Assembly: GCA_029953675.1 (NCBI GenBank)
Contig: JAMWBK010000003.1
Location: 434,001 to 498,000, forward strand
DNA from: Rhodosorus marinus CCMP1338
Lineage: Eukaryota; Plantae; Rhodophyta
Length of the DNA: 64,000 nt
Direction: 5' to 3'
The position numbers were made by a program, and so were the translations under genes. Below are positions 1-11,469 of this stretch, in pieces (position 1 is the stretch's first letter; each line of letters begins with the position of its first letter). The notes under the pieces were generated by a model. It did not search any database. It saw only the letters and a list, made by a program, of their open reading frames with translations, and had not been told where the DNA came from.

Positions 1-1372
1 GAAAGGACAAGCTACTGGACGAGAAGTATAATCATTATGAAACGCATGTGAGAAGCACTGACGTAGATCGAACACTAGTCTCTTCAATGGCAGTCATGGC
101 GGGATTGTATCCAGGACGATCAATAGCCGTAAGTTGTGCCAGCATAAGGAAAAATGTTATTACGTTATTTTTCATGTCTAATCATGTCCGCACACGACGC
201 CATCTAGCCCGGATTCGACGGAACTGTACTAGTCCCAATTCACACAGTGCCTTACGCGACGGATGCTTTGATGGACGGATCAGCCAGTAAGCACTGTCCA
301 AGGTTCAACCGAGCAGCTACAGCGGCGCTCAATTCCAAGACGATTCGAAACGCGATTCTGTCTGACCGCAAATTCGCAAGCTCGTTGGCCATCCTCGCGA
401 ACGTGACTGGGGATAGAATGCGCGCTATGCCAGGCACGGTATCATCAAAGCAGAAAAGTGTACGGCTTTGGTTTGCGGGAGGGATTATTCCTAACCTTTC
501 TCACCGCCCACGTCATTTGGTAAACAGTCCCTGGTTTCCTTAGTAACGTCGTTGAGAGACTTGAGGCTATGCCAACGTGCGCACAACATGACCCAGCCAA
601 AAAACGTGACCCAATGGGATTCCAAGCTTGAAGATTTGACTACGCGGATAACCAATGCCAAGTGGGGATCAGCTCACATGGGTGCTCTGGTCGGAGGTCG
701 TGCGCTGCGCGCAGTTGCAAATCGATTCAAAGCTACGGTGGCTGTGTATCATCACGAGCAGTGGGCGCTTGAGAAGATGAACGAAGAGTGCAACGCAAAA
801 GGAAGCGACAGTGACGAGGATGGGGGCTGTCCGAGAAAACTCGCCGTGTATACAGGACATGACACAACAATTTTTGATCTCAGAGCAGCACTAGGCGTTG
901 ACATCACCGAGCCTGGAGTCGTCCCATATGTGTCGCACCTAATTTTCGAACTTGAGTAAGTCAGCTCCTAAGAAACTGCTTCATTTTTTCCTTCCAAGCT
1001 AAGTAGTCATGGCTTCTACTGTTCAGGGGGGATGGGAAGAACTTCACAGTCAGCCTTCTGTCGGGGAGCTTCCTCAAGAAAGCGACGCCGTTAGCAGGGC
1101 CCTTCTGCGGGGGCAAGAGCACGTGTTCGTTGGACAAGTTCCTCGCCTACGTTGAGAGGACGGTTCCGATGGACATCGATAAAGCGTGCTCTGTGACTAT
1201 TGAACAGCTCAGCAACGGCCAACCGGGCTCTACCGAAACGACGACTAGCTCATTCGTTCCACAGCTGCTGAAGACGGGCTTCATTACTGTGGCCGCGATT
1301 GTCGTGGGTGCAGTAGGTGCCCTACTCATCTCAGCTCGCTTGAGAAGATCCCGGTACAACCGAATCGACTGA
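1..1372 (+). CDS. Histidine acid phosphatase (lysosomal/vacuolar type), 5' end outside the window, C-terminal transmembrane anchor
   Basis: Motifs RSTDVDRTLVS, VPIHTVP, catalytic YTGHDTTI, CSLDKF, then a hydrophobic helix (FITVAAIVVGAVGALLI) before the stop at 1372. GT-AG introns at about 129-207, 461-527 and 957-1025. Confidence 0.85.
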
Positions 1373-2537
1373 TCCACTTTTGACCACTAGAGGGCGAATT
1401 CTCGAAAGGTTCTACCCCGAATCCTTGGCTGACATCACTCAACGAGTGGAGATCGATCTTATACTTTTCCTGAGCTGACTAACTTGATAATCACAAGATT
1501 GTTCTAAAAGATGGCATAGCCGAATCGAGCAGTTCTTGGTATCTGCACGAAGCCAGCTCCTTGTTAGCGGCAAGGTCGCTCCGCTTTCGTTGGGTAGCTC
1601 AGTATACCGTAACGAGTAAGGGGATATGAAACCACTTCCACGTGTGTCCTGTAAGACCTTGTTCCGACTTTCTACAGGATGTTGAACTTCGCCAGTCGAA
1701 GAGTGGCACCTTCAGTCGCAACGGTCTTTCATGGTTCACAGTAGTGGCCTGTCCCAACACCCAGCTATCTGGGACAACTGTTGACTACAAAATGCCATCT
1801 CTGCAGCTTCCCCACTCGACGAAAGCCCTCAACGCTCGGTGGGGTGCGATCGACGGGATTTTTAGTAAGCATCAGATGATATATGTTAAAACGTTGTTGT
1901 CAAGGGTCTTAAATCTGACCATCATCACACTGACCAAAGACCCTTCCTCGTCTTTGACCAAACAGTCGTGTAGACTTCCCTGCCTTAATCTAGATCGGGC
2001 ATATCTAAAAAGAACATTTTTTTCCAGCTACTTCTTTTTTTAAGTTATCTGTTTTAAAGTAGTATGGATTAATATTCAAAAAAGTATTATTAGTAAGGAG
2101 TCCAGACTAAAAATACCAATAAGGTTTAAATGAAGTACATATTGAGTCTAATTTACGAACTACAAATTTCGTCGTGTTGTCAGCCATGTCGGAGCTCTCC
2201 TCGCCCGGGGGGCGCCGGCTTCTGATGACAACAAGGGTATGACTATTCTGTTATATAAGCAGAAAGATAGGTATTGAGAACATAATTCCAAGGAATCGCT
2301 TCCTGCTTATGGAAACGTGACTGTGTTTTTTGAACCCGTTTGTTGAAGCGTTTACGGTCTGCTCAGTTGTCCTCACCCGACGGCACGGGATGGAGATTGG
2401 ATAAGATCGTTGGGATTGATGTGACAACGGATGTGGACGTGCATGTGAACCCCTGCGTGTAGAACTGAAGATCCTGATCATCGCTTTGCGTTGATTCTTA
2501 TTTAGTGGGATCTATTGAGACATCCGAGATCACAGCG

Positions 2538-3503
2538 ATGGCGTGGATTGGATTCTGTGCTCCTTTGCCAGACTGGAAGCAAAAGAATTTACGAAGAGCC
2601 AGTGTAGTTGCACGATGCTCGATTTCAGGGGACGACGGGTTGGATAGGAACCGGCGGTTTCTGCTGAGGAGCACAGGATTGCTTCCGTTCTTGGCTCTAC
2701 CTGGCGGCTCGTTTGCGGGTGAAATAACTGAGCAGACGATCGTTGGCAAGATTGAAACCGAGGGATGGTCCAGGACAAATAATTACAGGTTGAACTCTGA
2801 GGATGTGTTCTACCCAGAATGGATGGCGGGAATCTGGAGCTCGGCTTCTATGTTAACTGGAGTAGAGAGTCCTGCTGGCGAAACAGTTTTTGGGCCGCCG
2901 GGTAGTCTGGACAATGCCAGGAAGGTATGAAACTTTTTCGACTGTGCTCTTTGATCGACGTTTCTTACGGCTGAAAGTTCGATCTTATTGAATCAGGGCA
3001 TAGGAAATTCGATCAAGTACGACGTCCGATTTCGGCGAAAAGCGGGAAATATCGTCTCCGACCGACCGTACAACGTAACGCAGATCTCCCGTGCAATAAT
3101 GGGTAAGGACTCCGTTCTGTCAGTTGTCGATAACTACGCGAATGTGAACCGCTTGAGGCTCGAGTTGCTTCCTAGCGCATCCGGAGGCATCTCCTTCATC
3201 GTGGATATAAGAGTCCTTGGACGACAAGTTGAACCCTCACTTGATGGAAAATCCTTCTGTTGCTCGGAGTTGATCAACCAGACCGTGACTCCCGTTGCCG
3301 ACGGACCATCACGTTCTGCCCCGCTTGTCAAAGACGTAGAAACAGCTACATGCTATCGCTACATATCCGATGATCATTTGGTGGCTTCCATGAAGAACTC
3401 GGTGTTCTTCCCTAGAGGAGATCCGAAGTCAAATGCCGTGCAAGGAAGGCCCATCGACGTCAGAACTTATCAGATCGAGTATAACAAGATCCGAGGCCTG
3501 TGA
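2538..3503 (+). CDS. DUF6816-like protein, probably plastid/thylakoid-lumen targeted (paralogue 1)
   Basis: Two exons with an intron at about 2925-2996. N-terminus MAWIGF, then RRFLL + hydrophobic stretch + SFA. Core motifs YPEWMAGIW, VRFRR, DRPYNV recur in paralogue 2. Family name is from recall, not a search. Confidence 0.6.
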
Positions 3504-3693
3504 GGATGTGGACCCATCGACGGATCCTATTGCACTGCCCTAATTCACCCAAGCAAGCCAAAGAACCTGTTCCCTTAGGACCTTGGGAACTCTTGGTCTG
3601 CAAGTTGCTCCTGGGCGTGTGGTTTCCTTTAGATTTCGTATCCGATGTTCACTAAAACAGACTAAATATGGACTTGTACACCCTTTCCGTATT

Positions 3694-6600
3694 TCAGAGC
3701 TTTCCATTCTTCTCATCCATGTTAATCTCATATACTGCAGCAGCTCCCATACCCGATCCGATGCACATAGAAACCACAGCAAACCGTCCCCGCCTTCTCT
3801 TCAGCTCGTTCAATGCTGACACTGTTAGCCTTGCACCTATAAAAAGAACCAAAAAGAACAATGCCTCAGAAAATAGTTTTGGAAAATAAGAATATTATGG
3901 TTGCTGGCTCATAATTGGGGAAGCACGATCTTGTTTTAGGGACCTACCGGTGGTACCGAGCGGGTGTCCGATAGCGATGGCTCCGCCGTTGACGTTCACG
4001 ATGTCTCTGTTCAGGCCCAATGTTTCAATACTGTAGTCAGCTTGGGAACCGAAGGCCTCGTTGATCTCCCAGAGGTCGATTTCTTCGGTTGTAAGGCCAG
4101 CCTTGTCGAGGACCTTCGGGATAGCGGCCACCGGGCCGATCCCCATGATGGATGGGTCCACGCCTGCCACGGCAAAGGCCTTGAAGGTACCCATGGGTTT
4201 GAGTCCTCGGCGTTTGGCCTCACTTCTCTTCATGAGGAGCACTAGAGCGGCACCGTCGCTGATCTGTGAAGAGTTTCCAGCTGTTGTGCTTCCATTTTTC
4301 TTGAAGACTGGCTTCAGCTTGCCCAGGCTCTGCATGGACACCCCGACACGAACGCCTTCGTCGCGGTCGACGACAATGTCTTTCTTCATTTCCTTTCCAG
4401 ATGAGTCCTTCAGCTTCACCGTGGTTGCAACAGGAACGATTTCATCCTTTTGCTTGCCAGAGAGCTGAGTAACTGATGCCCTCGAGTGGGACACAACGGC
4501 AAGACGATCCTGTTGCTCTCTGCTCAATCCGTACTTGGCTGTCACGTTCTCCGAGGTCTGACCCATGGTCACGTAGCAGGTCGCTGTATTTTCCACAGCC
4601 TTGGGGTTTGGCTGCAGTTCATCGTTGATGAACGGGTTCAGACTCATGGACTCCGCTCCACCAGCAAGGACGATATCATAATATCCATTCTTAATGCCAG
4701 CAACCCCATCGGCGATAGATTGCAAGCCCGAGGAGCACAGGCGGTTGACTACCTTACACGGAACGTGCTCTGGCAGCCCGCCGAGGAACGATGAAACTCT
4801 GCTCTGAACCACCGCAGAATCACCACGGCCTAGGACAGTTCCTACAACCAGGTCGCCTACTGCATCAGGTTCCACTCCTACAGTTCAAAGTAAACAATTT
4901 CGAGTATTCAGGAATGGGGGTGCTGTCTCCCTCCTCGTGAATTCCAGACCCTTGAGACCGGGTTCTTCACTTACCTGTAGTCTCCAAGCATTTCTGGATC
5001 AATGGAGCAAGCATATCATCAATTGGAGTATCCTTGAAACCGCCCCTGAGCGCCCTGCCCATTCCGGTGCGGTATCCTGCTACTACAACAACATCGTCAG
5101 GGTTTCCAAACTCTCGGTGCGGACTTGGATTGACTCCAATCGGCATATTCGCCATTGCCGTGCGTACTAGGGCAAATGAAGGTTTGAACAGTGGGAAACC
5201 ATCCGTCATACGGTAAAACTGCTCCAGCCTCTTCATTACAGGACCAGCACCACCTCGCTCGTTCATCGCCCAGAATAAGAGTCCACCTCGGAACGATGGA
5301 AACGCCATGCCTGCGCCAACAAGAAAACGCGGGTCAGCTCAAAATTCATTGACGATTGAATGCGCACCTGGAAGATCTGCAATACCCATCATGCTTCCAA
5401 TATCCACATCGCCAGGTTTAAGAGCAACTCCTTCATGCAAGAGTCTGCAGGCCTCATTTACGCACGGTAGCAGGATCATGTCCACAATGTCATCGTCTGA
5501 GACCGGGCTGTCTTTCGTCAATGCGGACGGGAACATTTGTGAGATCCTCTCAGGATCCGGCTTCCCAGGCCCCCTCACATTCTTGTCGTACGTGTAGTAG
5601 CCTTGCCCGGACTTTTGTCCTTTCCAGTTCAGCTTCAGCATTTCATTCGCGACTGACGAAGATCGCGAACGATCTGCGTAGGCCATTCCATAGATTATCC
5701 CAATTGCCGCAACAATATCCAGTCCCACTAGGTCCGCAAGTCGGAATGGTCCCATTGGCAAGCCGAAAGCCTCCAGTGCCCTGTCAATTCTGTTTTGAAC
5801 CAAGATATTTGTCGCCGTTTAGACTCTGTTAGAAGCGCTGCTAATAGCGCGGTCCAATTTAGTCGAAGACAGCACTTACATGTACGGGTTGATTCCCAAC
5901 TTGGTCGACATCAAGTCCGCGACTTGTCCTTGAGGAAAATACGTTCTGTTCACGCAAAATCCAGCGCAGTTACCAACGAGAATGGGAGTCTTTTTGATCT
6001 TCTTTGCCAGTTTCATCACGCTGTTGATCGTGCTGTTCGAGGTGGACGTCGTCCTAACGATTTCTAGAAGCGGCATCTTGTGCGCAGGAGAGAAGAAATG
6101 TGCACCGATCACGCGGCCCTGCAGGTGCGCTTTCGGAATCTGCAGACGAAGGGTCGACAATTGAACAGTAAGAAAACAAGGGCTGTAACAAGAATCCACT
6201 CCGGCTGTTCATCTAGTTCTGTTTGCTTCCATACCTTGGCGGCGATTAGATCTATGTTGATAGTACTTGTGTTCGTCGCGAGGATGCAATTGGCGTTGGT
6301 TTCTGATTCAAGGGTCTTAAACAATTCCTGCTTAAGTTTGACATCTTCCAAAGCCGCCTCAATGACTATATCCACATCCGCAAAACCCGCAAAGTCGGTA
6401 GTAACTCGAAGGAGTGCCGGCGGCGAGCTGGATTTGAGATTCTTCGTCACCCGCTTTGCGGCTGCTTCTGCAGCGCCCGGATTGATTTCCTTTATGGTCA
6501 CTTCGATTCCTGCTCGGATCATTGCCGTAGCAATGCCTGCTCCCATCAATCCGCCTCCAATAACGGCTGCTTTTCTAGGGCATTCTCCAGCGTTCGCTCC

Positions 6601-7704
6601 TACATTTTCGGGTAATCAAACATGTCAATATACTGCTCGTTTAATGCAGGTACTTTTGGCAACTTCCGCCTTAGGAACGCGTCACCCAAACACCTTACCG
6701 TCGGTTGGAACACCAGTCTTTGTGGTTGCTCGCTGAGCCAGGAAGGCGTGAATGAGCGACTTCCCAGTTGGTGAGTGGAGGAGGTCCACAAACACGCTCT
6801 TTTCCTTCAAAAGACCCTCAGTGCTACCGTGTGCAACCCCATACAGGGTCACGTCTAGGCAAGCTTGGAACTGAGGAATCTTGCCACCTTGTGAGAGTCT
6901 CATCAAGTCCTGATCTCATGTACGACCGTCCAATTAGCGGACATGCATACGAACTTTCTGGATGTACCGATTTAACCAGCTTACCTTTCCAAACTTCTGG
7001 GCTAACGCATGAGCTTCGTTTATAGGTGGCAACCTGTCAGAGTAGTCCGACGTTACGATCTTTGGCATTCTTCCGCTAGAAAGGTCCAGAACTACTTGTG
7101 AAGCTCTGTCAATTAACTGCTCCGGTGAAGCGACTGCCTCTACGAGTCCCATCTCCTCAGCCTTGACGCCGGGGACGACCTGGCTGTGGAGCATCATCCT
7201 GAGGCCATTTTCTAGGCCTACTAGTCTTGGAAGGCGCTGCGTGCCTCCATAGCCAGGGATGAGACCAATTTTGAGCTCGGGTAATGAGAATGTGGCCCCG
7301 GGTGTGGCTACACGGGCTGAGCAGCAGAGGGCCAACTCCAGCGCCCCACCGAAGCAGATCCCGTTAACCGCCGCGACGACAGGCTTGCGATGCTTCTCCA
7401 TCTCGTAGAACAAAAATACTCGAGACGGATCTTCAATCGACTCTTGGCTAAACCCTCCGAACTCATTGATATCCGCACCCGACGAGAAGAACCCATCAGC
7501 ATCATTCGCACAGATCACCACCCCACGCACATCGTCCGCATTCAACGCCTCCCGCACCTCAGCCGCAATCAACACAAGGTGCCTCCCAGACAACGCATTC
7601 ACAGGCGGGTTCTCAAACCTCACCACAGTCACACCATCCTCACGCCTTTCAGACGTCACCCGGGCACCTCCACCCAACGACCTAACCTCAGTTACGTCCA
7701 CCAT
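3694..7704 (-). CDS. Fusion protein: enoyl-CoA hydratase + 3-hydroxyacyl-CoA dehydrogenase (MFP) + 3-ketoacyl-CoA thiolase, 1,122 aa
   Basis: Exons 7704-6985, 6909-6699, 6599-6235, 6139-5880, 5789-5386, 5310-4975, 4877-3948, 3836-3694. All introns GT-AG, phases consistent, total 3,369 nt. Hydratase motifs GGALEL and LPELKIGLIPGYGGTQRL; dehydrogenase GGGLMG and GAHFFSPAH; thiolase VNRLCSSG, GHPLG and SMCIGSGMG. Confidence 0.9.
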
Positions 7705-8966
7705 CTCTCCCCCCTCCCCCCACCCGCAGTCCTTATACCCTTCCCCCCTCAAAAAAACAACCCCAAAAACCCCTCTTCACATCACCACAGATAAACCTCT
7801 CTGTTTCCAATATACTACTCTTATATACATATCTATTCACCCGCCCAGAGACAATCCAAACTTCCTCTCCCAAACTAAAACTCCATCCACACCTCCTTCG
7901 CGTCCCACCGCACCCCCACCGGAATCCCACCCCCTTGCTCCCTCCCCGCCCAAAATCCAATAACAACAAAAAAACATTAAAAACCCTCCCAATGTATCAA
8001 ATTTTTCTTAGATAGGGTATTTCGTAGAGACATGAAAAATGGGGGTAAAAAATGAAATAGATGTATATATTCATATAATGGAAATAAAAACGGCGATTTT
8101 TAGTGTTTTATGTAGGGGGGGTGATCGCTGGGAATACGTTTCTTGTTTTCTCAGTCATTTTTTGATGTATTAATTTGTATTGTATTTATATAGAAATTGG
8201 TGTGATGATATCTGGTGATGTGATTATAGAAATATGATTGGAGAAGGTGTAATGCTTTTAGGGTATAATTGGTTAGAGTTTTTTAATACATATGTTCTTG
8301 TTGAGAGAAACAGGAAGGGGTTGCGGTAGTGGCAATGGTGATATTTATCATATTAAGATAGATTATTGCCGCTTAACGAGGTCAACTAGGATTGAGAGTA
8401 AGGGGTCAACGTGAGAAGTTTGTGTTTTGGTTTTTGTTGAATTTTGGTGATGGATGAAATGATTGGGTCGTTGAGATAAATATCTCAACGTCGGTCTGTG
8501 GAAACGGAGTGGAGGATTGGGACGTTGTCAGTACTTATGTCTCCACACATGGGCTAGAACGAGTGGAAAGGGTACATGTGAGTTTGTCTATGTTACTCAC
8601 GCAGATATCTGTTTGGGTGTGCGGGGAGTAAGACTCCTTGTATTTGGATTCTCGCAACCGTCTTAATGGACGCAAAAACTGAAACAAAAAAAAAACACGA
8701 CCATATACCGTTCACGGCTATTGCTGAATTCATTGGGACACTCTCCAGTTGGGATGCGTCGGCGCTGCGCTTTTTTATTGTCGTCACTTGCTGTGGGTAA
8801 GTGCGTAAAGCGTATTGATGAACACCAAAATCCGTACCTCGGGAGTTCAAATTCGCGGCTTGGCTGGGGTCTGTTTTTGAGTTTTGACGAGGGATGGTGC
8901 TGTTCTTCTCGCCCCACCTGCAAACAAAAACACGGAGGCTCTGTTCTATCTGTCCTCTTTTTCATC

Positions 8967-11469
8967 TTAGTTTTCGCTTAGGGTTACAATGATGTCATCC
9001 TCGCTCCACGTGCGGTTTGCAGTTTTGTCGGTGCCACTCGGGTTAAGAAAAGCTGACTTCCCATTCGCGTACCCAATTACAATTTCGTTGTGATCTTCGC
9101 TGGCTGCCTTCGCGATCGACTGGTAAGAGCCAGTTTTGTCTTCTCCTAGGTACTTCGTCACTGGTCGCATCGTGACCTCACGCCCGTACTGACTCAAAAG
9201 CTCCTGAACGAGCATTCCAACGATATCAAATATGAGACGGGATACGAACTAAACGGCAGAACATCGGTAGCCTTGCTTACGTTCCAGACTTGGTTGAGGA
9301 GGGGCTCGCGCAGTGTCTCGGCGATAAGCCTAGATCCCACTTCGTAAGGATAGATCACGTTCGCGTAACCAAAGTGATCGGCAACATCGTGCATGCGCTC
9401 ATCCCAGAACTCAGCGGAAAGGTCGACCTTAGAACCATTCGCCTTAACCAGGCTCTCTATATGGGCGAGACCGGCGAGAGAATTAGCGTCGGCTCTGAGG
9501 TCCGAATCCTGCGGAAAGACGTTGGGGTTGGAGAATTTGCTCAGCGCCTTCGTGACCACATTTCCTTTCACGCGGGTAACTGTTGAACGTACTTCATCTT
9601 CCGCATCAGCACCTTGCTGGCTTGCAAGCACAATAACCTTGTTGATTGGCGCAGAGTTGAACGCCTTCTCCAGATTCTCCGGGACCACCCACCTGCCTTG
9701 GATTTGCGTAATTGAAGACTTCGACAGCTTCTTAGGCAGCGAGGTGAGCTGCTTGTCAAGGCCCAAGACGACGATTTTACTCTTCGGTGGTAAAGTTTCG
9801 TCCAGTTCCGTCAGCATGTCAGTCATGTTTCGTCTCCATCCACAGATGAGGACGTTCTCGGGCGTTTCGGTTGGCCGAACGCTAAAGCCTGAGGCAGAAA
9901 CCCCCTCTGTTCTCCGCGTAGACCCGTCTCCAATTACGAGCAACTTAGTCGCACTCGTTATCTTGAAATCGTCCTTTGCGGAGATATGCACTTGACCATC
10001 CGAGCCAACGTATCCCAAAATCGTCCTCCCAGGAAGCGAATCGTATCTATCAATGTTCGAATAGAGCTCGTCTACTAAACCCTTTCCGGACTTTGCCTCT
10101 ACGAAATCTAGCTTGGTAGCGGATTCTGCCGTCATCATCTCTCTTACAACGCTGTTCAAGCCCCTCTGAACCACAACCTGAGCTAGGTACCTGCCCAAAA
10201 GTTTGTTAGCATTAACGATCTGAACGCTTTTGGCCAGCGTGCCGTTGAGAATGCTCTCCACAATCGCCTCGTCCTTTTGGTCGTTTACGACGGCCACCAG
10301 GTTGCCCTGGAAGTCACTCGAGCTCCCACGGAATGCTAACGTCTTGCTCACAACCTGGGATACGCACATGCAGAGAGAGCAAGACACGAAACCGATCAGA
10401 TTCCTCCCTGCTACTCTCTATACAGGACAGAGCAATACCTTACGTCCTTGGAGTCTGGGTTCTCCCGATACGAAGAATCAGACAAGAAAACGATCGTCTT
10501 GGCATCCATTGCCCGAACCCTTTCGAGATCAAATTTGACCAGCGGGTTCCCCAAGCGGACGTACACTTTACCGCCTCTGTCAGACCCGAGTTTGTCCCTG
10601 ACCGCGGCGATTACTTCATCGGGGGGGTGATTGGTTATGACAGCAACCTTCGATCCATTTCCAACAACTCTAGAAAGCGCGAGTGGAGCGCTCGAGTTCC
10701 AACCGTTGACGACGACATGGTTTGATACGATGGCGGGGATGCGCATGTTCGGGAATGAATTGACAGCATCCTCAACGGTCTGCGTGACCATCCCGACTAA
10801 TATCCCGAAGAAGACCATGCCAATGCTGGCCAGAAAGCAGGAAACCACTCTGGTGGGGACAGTTGCGAAATCATCTTCGAACGGATTTACCTAGAAAGAG
10901 ATTATCGAACGATGTGTCAGGTTTTGGCGTTAGCATGGATCGGTTACGGCAAGCCTTACGATTGCTCTAATCGCCCTCCAGACGGGGGAGTCCACTTCAC
11001 CCTCTTGATCCACCATGGCAAACAAGTACCCTCCGAGTTTGGCGAAAGCCGCACATACGACCAGCAACGAAAGCACTTTGGCAACTGGGCTCCACATGAT
11101 AAACTCCCCAAACCAGAATGAGAGAAGGTGGTTGATATTCGGCAAGAACGCCAACGGCACTGCCGGAGCGGCAACCATGGCCAATGAACTGTTCATGCTC
11201 GATCTCCCAAGAAGTTGGTAGATCGCCGCCCTTCTCACCGTCGCGAACACAGCAACGGAAATCGCCGCGGAGACGAAAAACTTCATCCGATCATACTCCG
11301 GTCGTCCAGGCTGAGACCCAGAGACGGACATTCTCACCGGTTCCATCCGCGCTATAGCCCCCAATTTCCCCACTCTAACACCACTACGGATCCCAAAACC
11401 ATCGCGACTCACTCCAACCTGCCGCAGACTCACCCCGAAACCCCCAACAAAGCAGACCTCACCCATCAT
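8967..11469 (-). CDS. CASTOR/POLLUX/PEC-like cation channel with two RCK domains, probable plastid transit peptide
   Basis: N-terminus MMGEVCFVGGFG rich in G/R/S/V. Several TM helices, then SNHVVVNGWN, GNPLVKFDLERV, second RCK PENVLICGWRRNMTDMLTELD, and C-terminal EIVIGY..FLNP. Multiple short GT-AG introns. Confidence 0.75.

Noticed and set aside
1642-2043. 133-aa plus-strand ORF
   Set aside because: Non-ATG start, no motifs, runs into a poly-T tract.
4967-5385. MFP and thiolase as two separate adjacent genes, as the ORF track suggests
   Set aside because: The stop at 5339 lies inside a 75-nt GT-AG intron. The ATG at 5308 is an internal Met of the conserved MFP motif GMAFP..RGG, and no stop separates the two domains.
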